DNA of 64,000 nt from Eledone cirrhosa (lineage: Eukaryota). Shown piece after piece: positions 41,319 through 52,664 of the stretch. The translations under genes and the position numbers were made by a program. The notes under the pieces are model-generated. The model saw only the letters and a list, made by a program, of their open reading frames with translations, was not told the DNA's origin and ran no database searches. The stretch covers positions 116,932,001 to 116,996,000 of the forward strand of contig OZ024742.1 in the NCBI GenBank assembly GCA_964016885.1, written 5' to 3'. Every line of letters starts with the position of its first letter. Positions within the stretch are counted from its first letter, which is position 1.

Positions 41319-41368
<50 letters not shown>

Positions 41369-41407
41369 TAACAGATTAAAGTTTAAGCAAAGAATATATA
41401 TATATAT

Positions 41408-41760
41408 CATCATCATCATCATCATCGTTTTTAACGTCCATTTTCCATGCTAGCATGAGTTAGACGAGTTGTCCTATTGTGAAATAGGCCAGGATAGTTG
41501 ATCCTATCTTGCTCGTACAGAACTGATTTTGGCTTGGTTTCTACAACTGGATGCCCTCCCTAACACCAACCACATTTTGTGAGTATTGGGTGCTTTTTGT
41601 CATGACACCTACACGACCACCATACAGTGTGGGCTGTGTACTTTTTGTCATGACAGCTACACGACCACTTTATAGTGTGGGGCGGGCGCTTTTTGTCGTG
41701 TTGCCAGCACGACCACTATTTAGTGTCGGTTGGGGTCTTTAGTTGGAATAGTGCGTGGAG
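41408..41760 (-). mobile_element. Non-autonomous RTE-derived (bipartite, SINE-like) element with about 52-bp internal tandem repeats
   Basis: (CAT)n tail, RTE 3' end (CATGCTAGCATGGAAAATGGACGTT) and leader-like GGTGTTAGGGAGGGCATCCAG on the minus strand. Confidence 0.75.
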
Positions 41761-41850
41761 ATGAGGAAGGTGAGTATATTGGCGTGTGTGAGGGCGGAGT
41801 GTTAGGACGTTGGAGGTGTTTGTGTGTGTGTATATAAATATATATATATA

Positions 41851-42381
41851 TAAGTTAAAAAGTTTAAAATGTACATCCACATATGTATACTGAAATACTA
41901 GTATGCATATGAATACACACACGTATACATATGTAGATGTACCAAGTTTTTCACTGGTCACTTTACTGTGAGTGTCCAGCTATTCTGTATGTAAACACAC
42001 AGACAAACCGGTTTTTAGAGTCATACTGGTTTTTGAGGAAACACCTTTCCTCTATTCTCCAGAAAGCCAGACAAGGAATATTGAACTAGTTTCGTTGTTG
42101 TTACAACTCATCAGCAATATTTACCTATCTTCCGGCCTTTCTGGAGAATCGTAAAAGCACATATCGTTATATGCTTTTTCTATGAAAATTAGTAGTGGGC
42201 AGACTAATTTGCATAGAGTGTGAGTACGTACCGGTTCAACGGAGACGATAAAAACAAATAACGAAACGAAATTAAATTTCGTTTCGTTTGTAACTCACTT
42301 TTGTATGACTGACGCTTAAACAATTAAGTTAAAAATGTACATCCACATATGTATACTGAAATACTAGTATGCATATGAATA
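41851..42381 (-). mobile_element. Second retrozyme-like unit (466-bp period) with 50-bp terminal direct repeat
   Basis: 41866-41915 equals 42332-42381; central hammerhead; TA-rich flanks; no credible ORF. Confidence 0.8.
42077..42121 (-). ncRNA. Minimal type I hammerhead ribozyme with canonical core
   Basis: AAUAUUG-CUGAUGA-GUUG UAACAA CAAC-GAAA-CUAG-UU-CAAUAUU; 13-bp distal stem ATTCTCCAGAAAG / CTTTCTGGAGAAT. Confidence 0.88.
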
Positions 42382-42879
42382 TATATATATATTTATGCAC
42401 ACACACACAAGCTTATATATAAAATTATAAACTAATTTCGGCAGGATAAATACGCGGAAACAAAAACAACGATAAACCTCTATTTTCCTGCAGCAAATTG
42501 CATTTGAACAGAAGCCCCCTCAATTCAATCTATATATGGACAAATTGACAATCATATTAATCATGTATTTCCTATCTCATTTTGCATATATGTACTGTAT
42601 GTATTTTTTGTGTATCTTATATGTGTTTTTTTTTTTGGGGGGGGGGGGGGGGTCCATGTGATAGAAATACTATCTATGTACCCGCCTAACTACTACCTTT
42701 CATACTGTAATTTACCCTCCGTTCTACTGTACGGTACTATCGTTCCATATGTAGGTATATATCTGTAACATTGATGCCCCTTTCAAAACTTCTTGCTCGA
42801 ACATCTCCCTACGTATTAGTTAGTATAGGTGCACATATTTTTTTTACTCACTTCAATCTAGATTCTCACTTGTAATTTT

Positions 42880-43000
42880 TTTTTATTTTTTATTTCTGAT
42901 TTTTTTTATTTTTTATTTTTTATTTTTTATTTTTTATTTTTTATTTTTTATTTTTTATTTTTTATTTTTTATTTTTTTATTTTTTATTTTTTATTTTTAG
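42880..43000. repeat. (TTTTTTA)n repeat
   Basis: Directly visible. Confidence 0.95.
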
Positions 43001-43437
43001 TTTTAATTTCCACTCTCATAATTTCCACTGTGAAACCATAATACCTAGAATTAAGTATATTTTCTCTTAGAGGTTGATGGTCAATTCTACTGCCCATGCT
43101 TAATGTAGGGTAGTATTGAGACCTATTGATACTCATACTCTCCCAACCCCACTAGCTTTCGGCTGACTGCCACTGACGGGGTGGCTAGCGTTAAGCTATA
43201 TATTACAGGCCTGAATAGGTCATTGTTTGGTTGAGATGGGGAATTGCCTAGGCGAATTTCGTAGAACTCTGGAGTAGTTGATGATCAACTTCCTTCGGAC
43301 CTGCGCCTGCGCAGACCGGTGAGGGTAAATTGGTATTCACAAGGGAACGGACGAAGAACCTAAGAGCACACGCTTCGTCCGTTCCCATGTCGATTCAATT
43401 TGGATTGCCTCGGAAACATAACCTTATTATGTATCAA

Positions 43438-43511
43438 GCTCTCTGACGATGTCGTGACACTGGCGCACGGAACAGTGTGGCCACTGTCGCCATTGAAATA
43501 TGTATCACAGC
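43438..43511 (+). ncRNA. Hammerhead-like motif with long stem II in a probable PLE pseudo-LTR (about 42440-43562)
   Basis: GCUCU-CUGACGA-[45-nt imperfect hairpin]-GAAA-UAUGUA-UC-ACAGC, followed by ATTAAA and (TA)n. Confidence 0.55.
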
Positions 43512-46500
43512 ATTATTATTAAAGGACTTTAACATCTGAAACTACTTCGCTTTTTCTTATTCTATATATATATATATATATATATGTTTGTATGTGTGTG
43601 TGTGTATACATATAAACCATGTGTTTTTAGAAAGTGTCAAGCGGAATTCTATAATTGAATTAGATGATTTCACCGTAACATTGACTGAATAAAATTGCCT
43701 AATAATAATAGGGCATATAAGAACGTAAAATGATCGACATCACCTCTGATGCCTATCTTTTCCCGTTTAGTGGGCTTATTATTAAGCGATTTTTATATGG
43801 TTAAATTTAAGGGGAAATCCTCTAATTCCTTATATACACACACACACACTCTCTCTCTCTTTCTCTCTCTCTATATATATATATGCGTGTGTGTGTTTGT
43901 GTATTTAGAAATAAAAGGAAAGCACAAGCGGGGACAATCCCTTCTTCAGTTGTTTGCTGGAGATAACGCATTAAAGACAATATATCTAACTCTAGTGCGT
44001 CAATGACTTATGGAAGTTATTGGGTAAAAAAAAGGAGAGAGAAAAAAATGAAACAGAAGGGAAAAAATATATATATATGAGAGGGAGAGAGAAAGAGAGA
44101 TAGAGAGAGAGAGGGTGTGTGTGTGTGTGTGTTACTTCCTTTATAATATAAGAAAGTTGAAAAATATTATGAAGTCAACCAAGCTAAACAGAAATAAAGT
44201 ATATAAAAACAATTGTTTACTAGTTCCTTAATATTACAATGAAAACAGACATTAGCAGTTTGTTTGATGCATTAGTCTGTGGGAAAACATAGAACACTTA
44301 AAATCATATTGATTATTAAGTTTATGTTAAAAAATTCTCTACTAGTCTCATTTTCATTGCGTAGCATTAAATTAATTTTTTTTTTAAATAGTCGATTAGA
44401 CTTCCTTGTTATATTAATATCTGTATTTTTCTAGTGTGTTATTGTTTATCTTTATTAATAAGCAATACTTTTGTATAAAATTTCAATATTTGCTATTTTG
44501 TCGGTAGGTTTGACTTTTCAAGATAACAAAAGGCTGTTTGTGCCCTTTATAAGTCTTCTTCTTCTTCTTCTTCTTCTTCTTCGACTGGGCACCACGCATC
44601 TGGGCGGATAAGAAAATATCAACTTCAATGTCTCATATATAAAAAAAACAGAGAACCAAGCCTAAGTGGAAGATACTCACTGAAAAGCTTTGGATTATTA
44701 AAGAATACCAACCACCAGTGAAGTCATTCTTCTCTTTTTTCGAATATACGTGTATCTTACTGTACCATAGACTTTCCTTCATTTTCCACAATTTTACGAC
44801 CTGGTACAAGACAGAATGGTTGTAGCAAATTCTCTCCGCGCATACTGACCCCCCAAATGGCACGGGGTTGCTTTTTATTCTTTATCTTGGGTTGGCATCA
44901 ATAATCTGAAGAAACAGGCCAACTTGAGGTTAAATGAGATGAGATTTTCTTAAAGCCATTCCACTCTCATTTCTTGCTAGAGGAGGACATGGCTTTGAGT
45001 TGCTCAAGCAGTAGAGAGATATCTTGTTTAGCCAAACAATCCAACCATATTGACAGGGGTGGGTTAGTCCAATGCATCTGGTCAGACTACTACTACATTC
45101 ACGCAAACCAACCACACAAACAACACACAATTCACCTGGTTCTTCGTTGTTTTCCTGTTTTATCAAAGATAGATTCGACGTAAGCTATTTTCTTAAAAGT
45201 TCTTTAAGTAGTGATCATGTTTTATTTGTTTATTCATCGGCATTTCACACATAGATTAAATATGGGACAACTTTTACCTTATGTATAATCACACACCAAA
45301 CTATCAACGCTGCTACTACAATCTCTACCATGCTCAAATGAATAACAAACTCAAACCAATTCCTTTCATCATTACATCTACTCTACATTCTGTCTCTACT
45401 ACTAAAAATCCCCTTCGCTACATAACACCACGCTACGTGGCCAAAACACAGTCGAAATCACGAACTAAATCCCTCAAATCAGAGACATTATTACAAGAAA
45501 ATTCTCAAAAACTTTCCATAATAAATTAGTACGATTCTTTAAATAATACCATACATGGCATGAAACAACAAACACGAATCCATAAGGAAATGATTGATTC
45601 TCTTGTTGCCAAAACAAAGAACAAAACCTCCCTTAAATCAAAATTTCATCGTACATAATGCATTCAAAGATTGGAACGAACTCAAAATAGAAAAAAATAT
45701 TTTAAAAAAAGAGACCAACTGAAAGACCTTTGGAAGCAATTACTAAACCAAAGAAAAGAAGCATAATTGAAAACCTTGAGGTCACGTACGAAGAATGTGG
45801 GAGTAAAGAACACGTTATCCTTCCGAGAAAATTCTGAATTAAAGAAATAACATCGAAACCAAACAGAGACAAGAATACGGTTAAATTTAGCTCTCTACCC
45901 CGTCAACGAGTATCGAAATTTAAAAAAGAATTTGAAAAAGGCAGCACCGCCATGCGAGAAGAAATCAATAAAAGAAGCAGCAGCAATATCCGTGAGAAAC
46001 TCCTTGATATGTGGAATCTCAACATAATCATGGAGGAATTAAAATCGAAGCAGATCTTGGAGTCGAAATTCTATGGCGATAGGAATTTAAAAAAAAAAAA
46101 TTAAATAAAAACAAAAAGAACAAACAAGTAAAACCAAGAAATCAACCCCACAAGATACCCCCAAGACCCGGATTTCTCAAAAATATAAAAAGAAATGAAA
46201 AGTTTTCACCGTAGCAAACAAACATCAGACAGCGCAAATGATAATCATTTTTCCACCAAAGAAAAGGAAAATACACCACCTTTCATACCTACATATGCAT
46301 ACACAAATACACACACACACACATGTATATATGCATATGTATGTAGGTACGGATATATGTATGTACATAAATGGAGCCTAAATTTTCTCTCATATACACA
46401 TATAAACATATATACACACGATTTTATGAATATATACGGTACCTATATATTTTCTTGAAAGAAAATATTGCATATGAGAAAGGAGAAAAAATGTAATTTC

Positions 46501-47065
46501 AATATATATTCTTTTACATAAAGGACTGATGTTTCATTAGTGACCGGAAACTTATTTCATTGATTTTTAGTTCAGCAACATTTAATACTTTGAAGACAAA
46601 CAAAACACAAGTGCGTTAAGTTAAATTCCCTCTAAGTAAACATTTATTCTGTATTATTAAAAGCTAATAGCTCAACTATTAGATGGCAATGTTATTTTCA
46701 TACAATTCGTTTCTGAATATTCCTTCTTCTCATAAATTGCAGAACAAGAATTAAAAAAATAATAAGAACTAAAAATAGGAATTAGAAATATAGAACATTA
46801 AAAACTGCAGTCTTAGATAGAAATGAATTTAATATCTAGATGTGAGTTAAGAGTTAGAAGTTAAAGACTGCATATACACTAATGATGTCACAGACATACA
46901 CGAATGTACTTTCAGCCATGCCTGTGGGGTTGTAGTGTTCATTTTGCAACCATACGGTCCAGTCCCACTGTATTGCATAATCTATTATAATCCCAGGTTT
47001 ACTGATACTGTTATAGAGAAAATCGGTAGACGGAAACTGCAGAAATCACAAATATATATATATAG

Positions 47066-47285
47066 TATTAATAAATAAGGGAACAAAGAATCAGTGTTGC
47101 ATCTTTAATTACATATTACATATGTTTCACTGTCGATCTACTCGAGGGATTATCTATATGTATATGATGCAACATGGATTCTTTGTTCCCTTATATATTA
47201 ATGTTAGTGATAGTCTGCACCCCAAGAACATCGAGTACTCATTCTGCATACCACCTATGGTCGCAATTAACTTGCACCTTGATAC
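47066..47285 (+). mobile_element. Palindrome+tail insertion with decayed hammerhead
   Basis: Arms TAAGGGAACAAAGAATC...GTTGCATC / GATGCAAC...GATTCTTTGTTCCCTTA; tail ATCGAGTACTC. Confidence 0.65.
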
Positions 47286-47297
47286 ATACATATACAT

Positions 47298-47340
<43 letters not shown>

Positions 47341-47349
<9 letters not shown>

Positions 47350-47515
47350 ATTCAGGACCCCGACGGTTGAGCTCCGGCCGTTTCGACAGGTAGATCGAAA
47401 CAGCTGGAGCTCAACCATCGGGGTCCTGAATCTTTTTATATTACCCACTCTAATACCCCAAGTATCGAATACTCTGGTGGGTTATGGTCCACTTGGTATC
47501 TTACAACACCCTCTC

Positions 47516-47520
<5 letters not shown>
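47341..47520 (+). mobile_element. Family A palindrome+tail insertion
   Basis: Palindrome 47341-47440; tail TTACCCACTCTAATACCC...TTATGGTCC. Confidence 0.8.
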
Positions 47521-47571
<51 letters not shown>

Positions 47572-47866
47572 ACACTAATACACACACACAGTTCAATAAT
47601 TTGCGTTCCAAAATCGCTACCAAGGCTACCTAACAATTTGTCTTGTTTACTCTCTTTATATACAGTTTTTTTCTTTATTTAACTTGGACTACCTTTTATT
47701 TTCTGTATCCATCATTTGTGATCCTGCCTCTATTTTTGTACTCCTGAAAAAGGGCTAAAGCCCGACAGGTCGAACTTTCTTTCCCCGTTTCCATATATAC
47801 AAATAAGACTTTTGTACTTCTGTTTGTTGTTTCCTCGAACTATATATGTATGTGGGTGTGTATATA

Positions 47867-48603
47867 TGTAGCGAAATCTGTCCGCGCCTTGAACTTTGGG
47901 TGATACCTAAAGATCAAAACATTTATTATCTATAACAGTATCAGTAAACTTTGGGTGATACCTAAAGATCATAACATTTATTGTGTTAACAGGTTGATGT
48001 TTTGGCTGCCCCCTCAAGGTGGGGGACAGGAAGTGATAGTTATATAAAGCCTGTGCTATCATCCCACTCGAAGAGATACATCGGAGCACCCCACTACAGA
48101 ACAAGCTATGTAAGGATTTACTGCCATCAATAGACCCCAATGGTCTACAGAAAAAGAGAAACATCGAAGCACTAGGATACACAACAAACTATGTAAAGAT
48201 TCACCACTATCAACAGACCCCATGAGGCCTAGAGATACACACAAAGCGATTGGAACCCTACTCCTACAGATCATGTGCAAGCCACAGTGGTCTACAACTA
48301 ATTACAGACCATTCAGAGATATACAAGCCATATCTCTCTCTCTCTTACTAACACGGTCTCACAGCTACCATCACGGTCTCCAAATTTCAACAACAACAAC
48401 AATTATCTGCCGCTCGATGCTTTCACGCCAACAACAACAGACTACAATAGCCTCACATCAGAAACAATAACAACGTTAACAACTCTTGGTAACTGTTTTA
48501 TATGACCTTTTTAATTGATTCATGTGAAGTAAACTATATATAACCAAATCATTTATTCTTTATATTCTTTATAACTTTGTTATAAATATTTCTAATAACC
48601 ACA
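47867..48603 (+). mobile_element. Probable solo LTR
   Basis: TG...CA termini flanked by TATA on both sides, TATATAAA at about 48041, internal direct repeats; no internal coding sequence. Confidence 0.45.
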
Positions 48604-48629
48604 TATAACCATTCTAACTTTTTACTCGT

Positions 48630-48723
<94 letters not shown>

Positions 48724-48726
48724 TAT

Positions 48727-48759
<33 letters not shown>

Positions 48760-49339
48760 CAACAGCAGCAACACCAACAACAACAACAACAACAGCAACA
48801 ACACCATCGTCTGTGTTGAATGTGTGTGTATGTATTTGTTTATATGCGACAGCAATAACAGCATCAACACCATTGTCTGCAGCAACAGCAGCAGTGAAAT
48901 GAAGGACAACAACAATAGTAACAACTACAATAACAACTACAGCACCAACAACTGCCACCACCATCACTGACCATCCACCACCACCACGCTGATACCATCC
49001 ACCACCACCACACTGACACCATCCACCACCGCCATTACCAGCGTAAACAAACAATTATTATTGTTATTGTTATTATATACAAGCCGAACTGGACTGGGAA
49101 AGGTCAACAGTTGACATGATAGTGATTTTGACGATTTTGATTTTGATTTTGATTTTGACTTTGATTTTGTATCAGTACTGTCGGTAATATATGTATATAT
49201 ATATATATGTTTGTGAGTGGTGTGCGTGATTGTATGCATGAATGAGTGTTGGTATGTGTGGTTGTGGTTTGTATGCATGAGTATTAGTGTGTGAGTCGTG
49301 TCAATAAGTTTCCCTTTTTTTTTTTTTTTTTTTTTTAAT

Positions 49340-52300
49340 GACCATGCTGTAAAATGGAGGGGTAGAGAGGGCCCTTGAGTCTAGTAAGACATCCTCTCTA
49401 GTGCTGGTGGCACAAATAAAAGCACCCAGTCCATGCTGTAAAGTGGCGCTGGTGTTAGGAAGGGCATCCAACCAGTGTATCAATGCCAAAAAGCTTATCA
49501 GCACAGCAACAAAACAGCATAGAAAAATATGAAGACGTCGCATCTCAGAGTTGCAACACTTAATGTTGGCACTCTCAGAGGTAGGTCTGCTGAAATAGCG
49601 GAGATGCTGGAGAGAAGGCAGGTGGATGTGTGCTGCGTGCAAGAGGTGAGATGGAGGGGTGCCTCTGCGAGACTAGTCGTAGGCAAGCGTCTTAGCTATA
49701 AGCTATTCTGGGTAGGTAAGGATGATGGGTTAGGGGGAGTAGGCATTTTCCTGGCTGAGAAATGGATCAATAAGACAATAGAGGTAGTTCGAGTTAGTAA
49801 TCGAATAATTAAGCTTAGATTAGTTGTAGGTAGGAGACTACTGACAATCATCTCGGTCTATGCTCCCCAAGCAGGCCTAGGCAAAGATGAGAAAGACTGC
49901 TTTTATGAGCAACTTTTGCAAACAACCACAATGACAGAGGACGGAGACATCGTTATGCTAGCAGGAGACTTCAATGGTCATGTTGGACAGCTCCAGGATG
50001 GTTACACTGGGGTACATGGTGGGCACGGTTACGGTTCAAGAAATGAAGAAGGAGTGAGACTTCTTGAATTTTGTGATGCAAGTACATTGACTATTTGCAA
50101 CACAAACTTCCAGAAACCTGCCAATCACCTAATAACCTACAAATCTGGTGAGCACATAAGCCAGATTGACTTCCTGCTAGTTAGGCAGCGGGACAGGCAG
50201 ATAGTGTCTAATACCAAGGCATACCCTGGGGAAGAATGTACCCCACAGCATAGGTTAGTTGTTAGTGATATCTCAGTAAGCAAGAGATGGAATGAGACAT
50301 ATAGGAAGGTGTGGAGAAGAAAGGTCTGGAAGCTAAAAGACCTTTCACTAAAATTCAAATTTAGGAAAGCCCTTCAAGATGTATATGACGAAAAAGAAGA
50401 CGATTTAGAGACGTATGACATAGATAATAACTGGAAGTTCTTACGTGACAACTTGCTGAAGGCTACTGATGAAACCTGTGGCTGGAGCAGAGCTCCAACC
50501 AGACAGAGAGTGACCTGGTGGTGGAACAGCAGTGTAGATAAGGCTATTAGAGACAAAAGACTAGCATGGAAGGCTTGGAATAAGGGTGGGAGTAGGGAAG
50601 AATATACAGCCACTAAGAGAGAAGCTAGACGTCAGGTGTACTTAGCACGCAGGGAGGCAGAGAGTAGGAGGTTTGCCAATGTTCTGCGACGGGAAGATCA
50701 GAGGCGTGCGGTGTTCCACATTGCAAGGCAGTGTGTCAATGCAAATCAGGATGTTGTTGGTGATAAATGTGTCCGGGATGATGCCGGTGTACTTAGTGTC
50801 ACGAATGACCAGAAAAAGGAGGCCTGGAAATGTCATTATGAGAGACTGATGAATGTGGAGAACGAATGGGAGAGAGAGAAATTACCCTTGGTAGATCCGA
50901 CAGAGGGACCAGCTATTGAGATTGACGAATATAGGGTCCAAGAGGCGATTAGGGAAATGAAAAATGGTAAGGCGGCCGGACCATCGGGAATAGTTGCTGA
51001 GATGCTGAAGGCATCAGGGGACGTAGGCACTAAACTGGTTGCACGCATAATCAATCAGGCTATATATGGTGGTGTCATACCCAAAGACTGGTGCAGCAGT
51101 ATTCTCATAAATTGCTACAAAGGTAAAGGGGATGCTTTGGAGAGGAGCAATTATAGGGGTATAAAACTGATAGATCAGGTTATGAAAGTGGCAGAAAGGA
51201 TTCTAGCACAACTAATTAGAGAAAGGGTCAAACTAGATGAGATGCAGTTTGGTTTTGTGCCTGGGAAGAGTACAACAGATGCCCTCTTCTTGGTGAGACA
51301 AATGCAAGAGAGGTTCTTAGAGAAGAATAAGCCACTATACTTAGCCTTTGTTGACCTAGAGAAGGCCTTTGATAGGGTACCCCGATCTGTCATCTGGTGG
51401 TCCCTAAGGAAGCTGGGTGTTGAGGAATGGCTTGTAAGGACAGTGCAAACTTTGTACAGAGGTACTCTCAGTAAAGTCAGGGTAGGAATGGAGTTTAGTG
51501 AGGAATTTCAGATACAAGTAGGAGTACATCAGGGTTCGGTCCTCAGCCCGCTCTTGTTCATTATAGTCCTCCAAGCCATAACAGAGGAGTTTAAGACTGG
51601 CTGTCCATGGGAACTTCTCTATGCTGACGATCTGGCTCTTATGGCAGAATCAGTAGAGGAGCTAGAGAATAAATTCCGGCTATGGAAACAGCAGTTGGAA
51701 GCAAGAGGACTGAGAGTAAATCTAGCTAAGACAAAAGTGTTGATGAGTAGAAAAGAGGACAAAACCCTGATTCCGTCAGGGAAATGGCCATGTTCGATAT
51801 GCAGAAAAGGAACTGGCATAAATTCTATAAAATGCACACAATGTAGGTCCTGGGTACACAAGAGATGTAGCGGGATAGCAGGCAAACTAACAGGTAGGGA
51901 GAAATATGTATGCAGTAGATGTACAGGGAAATTAGACAGTAGAAGTCGCACTGATAGACACATTTTTCAAATGCGAGAGGGCGCTATAGAAGTGGTGGAT
52001 AGCTTCCGGTACCTAGGAGATCAGATTAGCATGGGAGGAGGGTGTTCCGAGGCCATAGTATCTAGAATAAGGACGGGTTGGAAGAAGTTTAGGGAGCTGC
52101 TTCCTCTGTTGACGAAGAAGGGTTTCTCCCTGCGTACGAAAGGCCGGTTGTATGATGCCTGTGTGAGGAGCGCGATGCTGCATGGTAGTGAGACATGGGC
52201 AGCTACCGCAGAAGATATGCGACGGCTGGAGAGAAATGAGGCAAGCATGCTCCGTTGGATGTGCAGTGTAAATGTGCGTGAACGACCCAGCATAAATGTG

Positions 52301-52620
52301 TTGAGAGAGAAACTGTGTCTGAGAGGGATAGAATGTAGTGTACGGGAGAGGAGACTGAGGTGGTATGGACATGTGATGCGCATGGAGGATGACCGATGGG
52401 TGAAGAAGTGCCAGGAAATGCCAGTTGAAGGAAGACGTGGTAGAGGTAGACCACGAAAAACATGGGCGGAGGTGGTGAGAACAGACCTCAGATCATTGAA
52501 GCTCACGGTGGAGATGACGAGGGACCGTGACGAGTGGAGAGATGCTGTGCTGAATAAGACCCGTCCCACCCTTGCAAGCAGGGAAAAGCGGACGTAAAAT
52601 GATGATGATGATGATGATGA

Positions 52621-52623
<3 letters not shown>
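49340..52623 (+). mobile_element. Full-length RTE-clade LINE
   Basis: Short 5' leader, single intact ORF, (GAT)n tail at about 52598-52623; no clear TSD. Confidence 0.95.
49529..52597 (+). CDS. 1022-aa APE endonuclease / reverse transcriptase with internal PHD-type finger
   Basis: Uninterrupted ORF; ATLNVGTL, VQEVRW, GDFNGH, PQHR; FVDLEKAFDRV, GVHQGS, YADD, FRYLG; C-terminal RRLRWYGHVMRM and GRGRPRKTW. Confidence 0.96.
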   Translation: MKTSHLRVATLNVGTLRGRSAEIAEMLERRQVDVCCVQEVRWRGASARLVVGKRLSYKLFWVGKDDGLGGVGIFLAEKWINKTIEVVRVSNRIIKLRLVVGRRLLTIISVYAPQAGLGKDEKDCFYEQLLQTTTMTEDGDIVMLAGDFNGHVGQLQDGYTGVHGGHGYGSRNEEGVRLLEFCDASTLTICNTNFQKPANHLITYKSGEHISQIDFLLVRQRDRQIVSNTKAYPGEECTPQHRLVVSDISVSKRWNETYRKVWRRKVWKLKDLSLKFKFRKALQDVYDEKEDDLETYDIDNNWKFLRDNLLKATDETCGWSRAPTRQRVTWWWNSSVDKAIRDKRLAWKAWNKGGSREEYTATKREARRQVYLARREAESRRFANVLRREDQRRAVFHIARQCVNANQDVVGDKCVRDDAGVLSVTNDQKKEAWKCHYERLMNVENEWEREKLPLVDPTEGPAIEIDEYRVQEAIREMKNGKAAGPSGIVAEMLKASGDVGTKLVARIINQAIYGGVIPKDWCSSILINCYKGKGDALERSNYRGIKLIDQVMKVAERILAQLIRERVKLDEMQFGFVPGKSTTDALFLVRQMQERFLEKNKPLYLAFVDLEKAFDRVPRSVIWWSLRKLGVEEWLVRTVQTLYRGTLSKVRVGMEFSEEFQIQVGVHQGSVLSPLLFIIVLQAITEEFKTGCPWELLYADDLALMAESVEELENKFRLWKQQLEARGLRVNLAKTKVLMSRKEDKTLIPSGKWPCSICRKGTGINSIKCTQCRSWVHKRCSGIAGKLTGREKYVCSRCTGKLDSRSRTDRHIFQMREGAIEVVDSFRYLGDQISMGGGCSEAIVSRIRTGWKKFRELLPLLTKKGFSLRTKGRLYDACVRSAMLHGSETWAATAEDMRRLERNEASMLRWMCSVNVRERPSINVLREKLCLRGIECSVRERRLRWYGHVMRMEDDRWVKKCQEMPVEGRRGRGRPRKTWAEVVRTDLRSLKLTVEMTRDRDEWRDAVLNKTRPTLASREKRT

Positions 52624-52664
<41 letters not shown>

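Larger units (their letters stand above)
40251..41322. mobile_element. Non-coding retrozyme-like element: 420-bp tandem unit in two inverted arms
   Basis: Period 420 (40251/40671 and 40761/41181); inversion at about 40760; one hammerhead per arm; (TA)n flanks. Confidence 0.85.

Noticed and set aside
41570-41735. CRISPR-like repeat array (also 6349-6578 and 48090-48240)
   Set aside because: The units are degenerate tandem repeats without unique spacers, in a eukaryotic TE context with no cas genes
44860-46190. A-rich, coding-like stretch, possibly a PLE 5' region
   Set aside because: No diagnostic motif could be read; left unassigned
47744-47775. Hammerhead-like CTGAAAAA-GGGC-TAAA-GCCC-GACA
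   Set aside because: Both core boxes are mutated; at most a decayed PLE end
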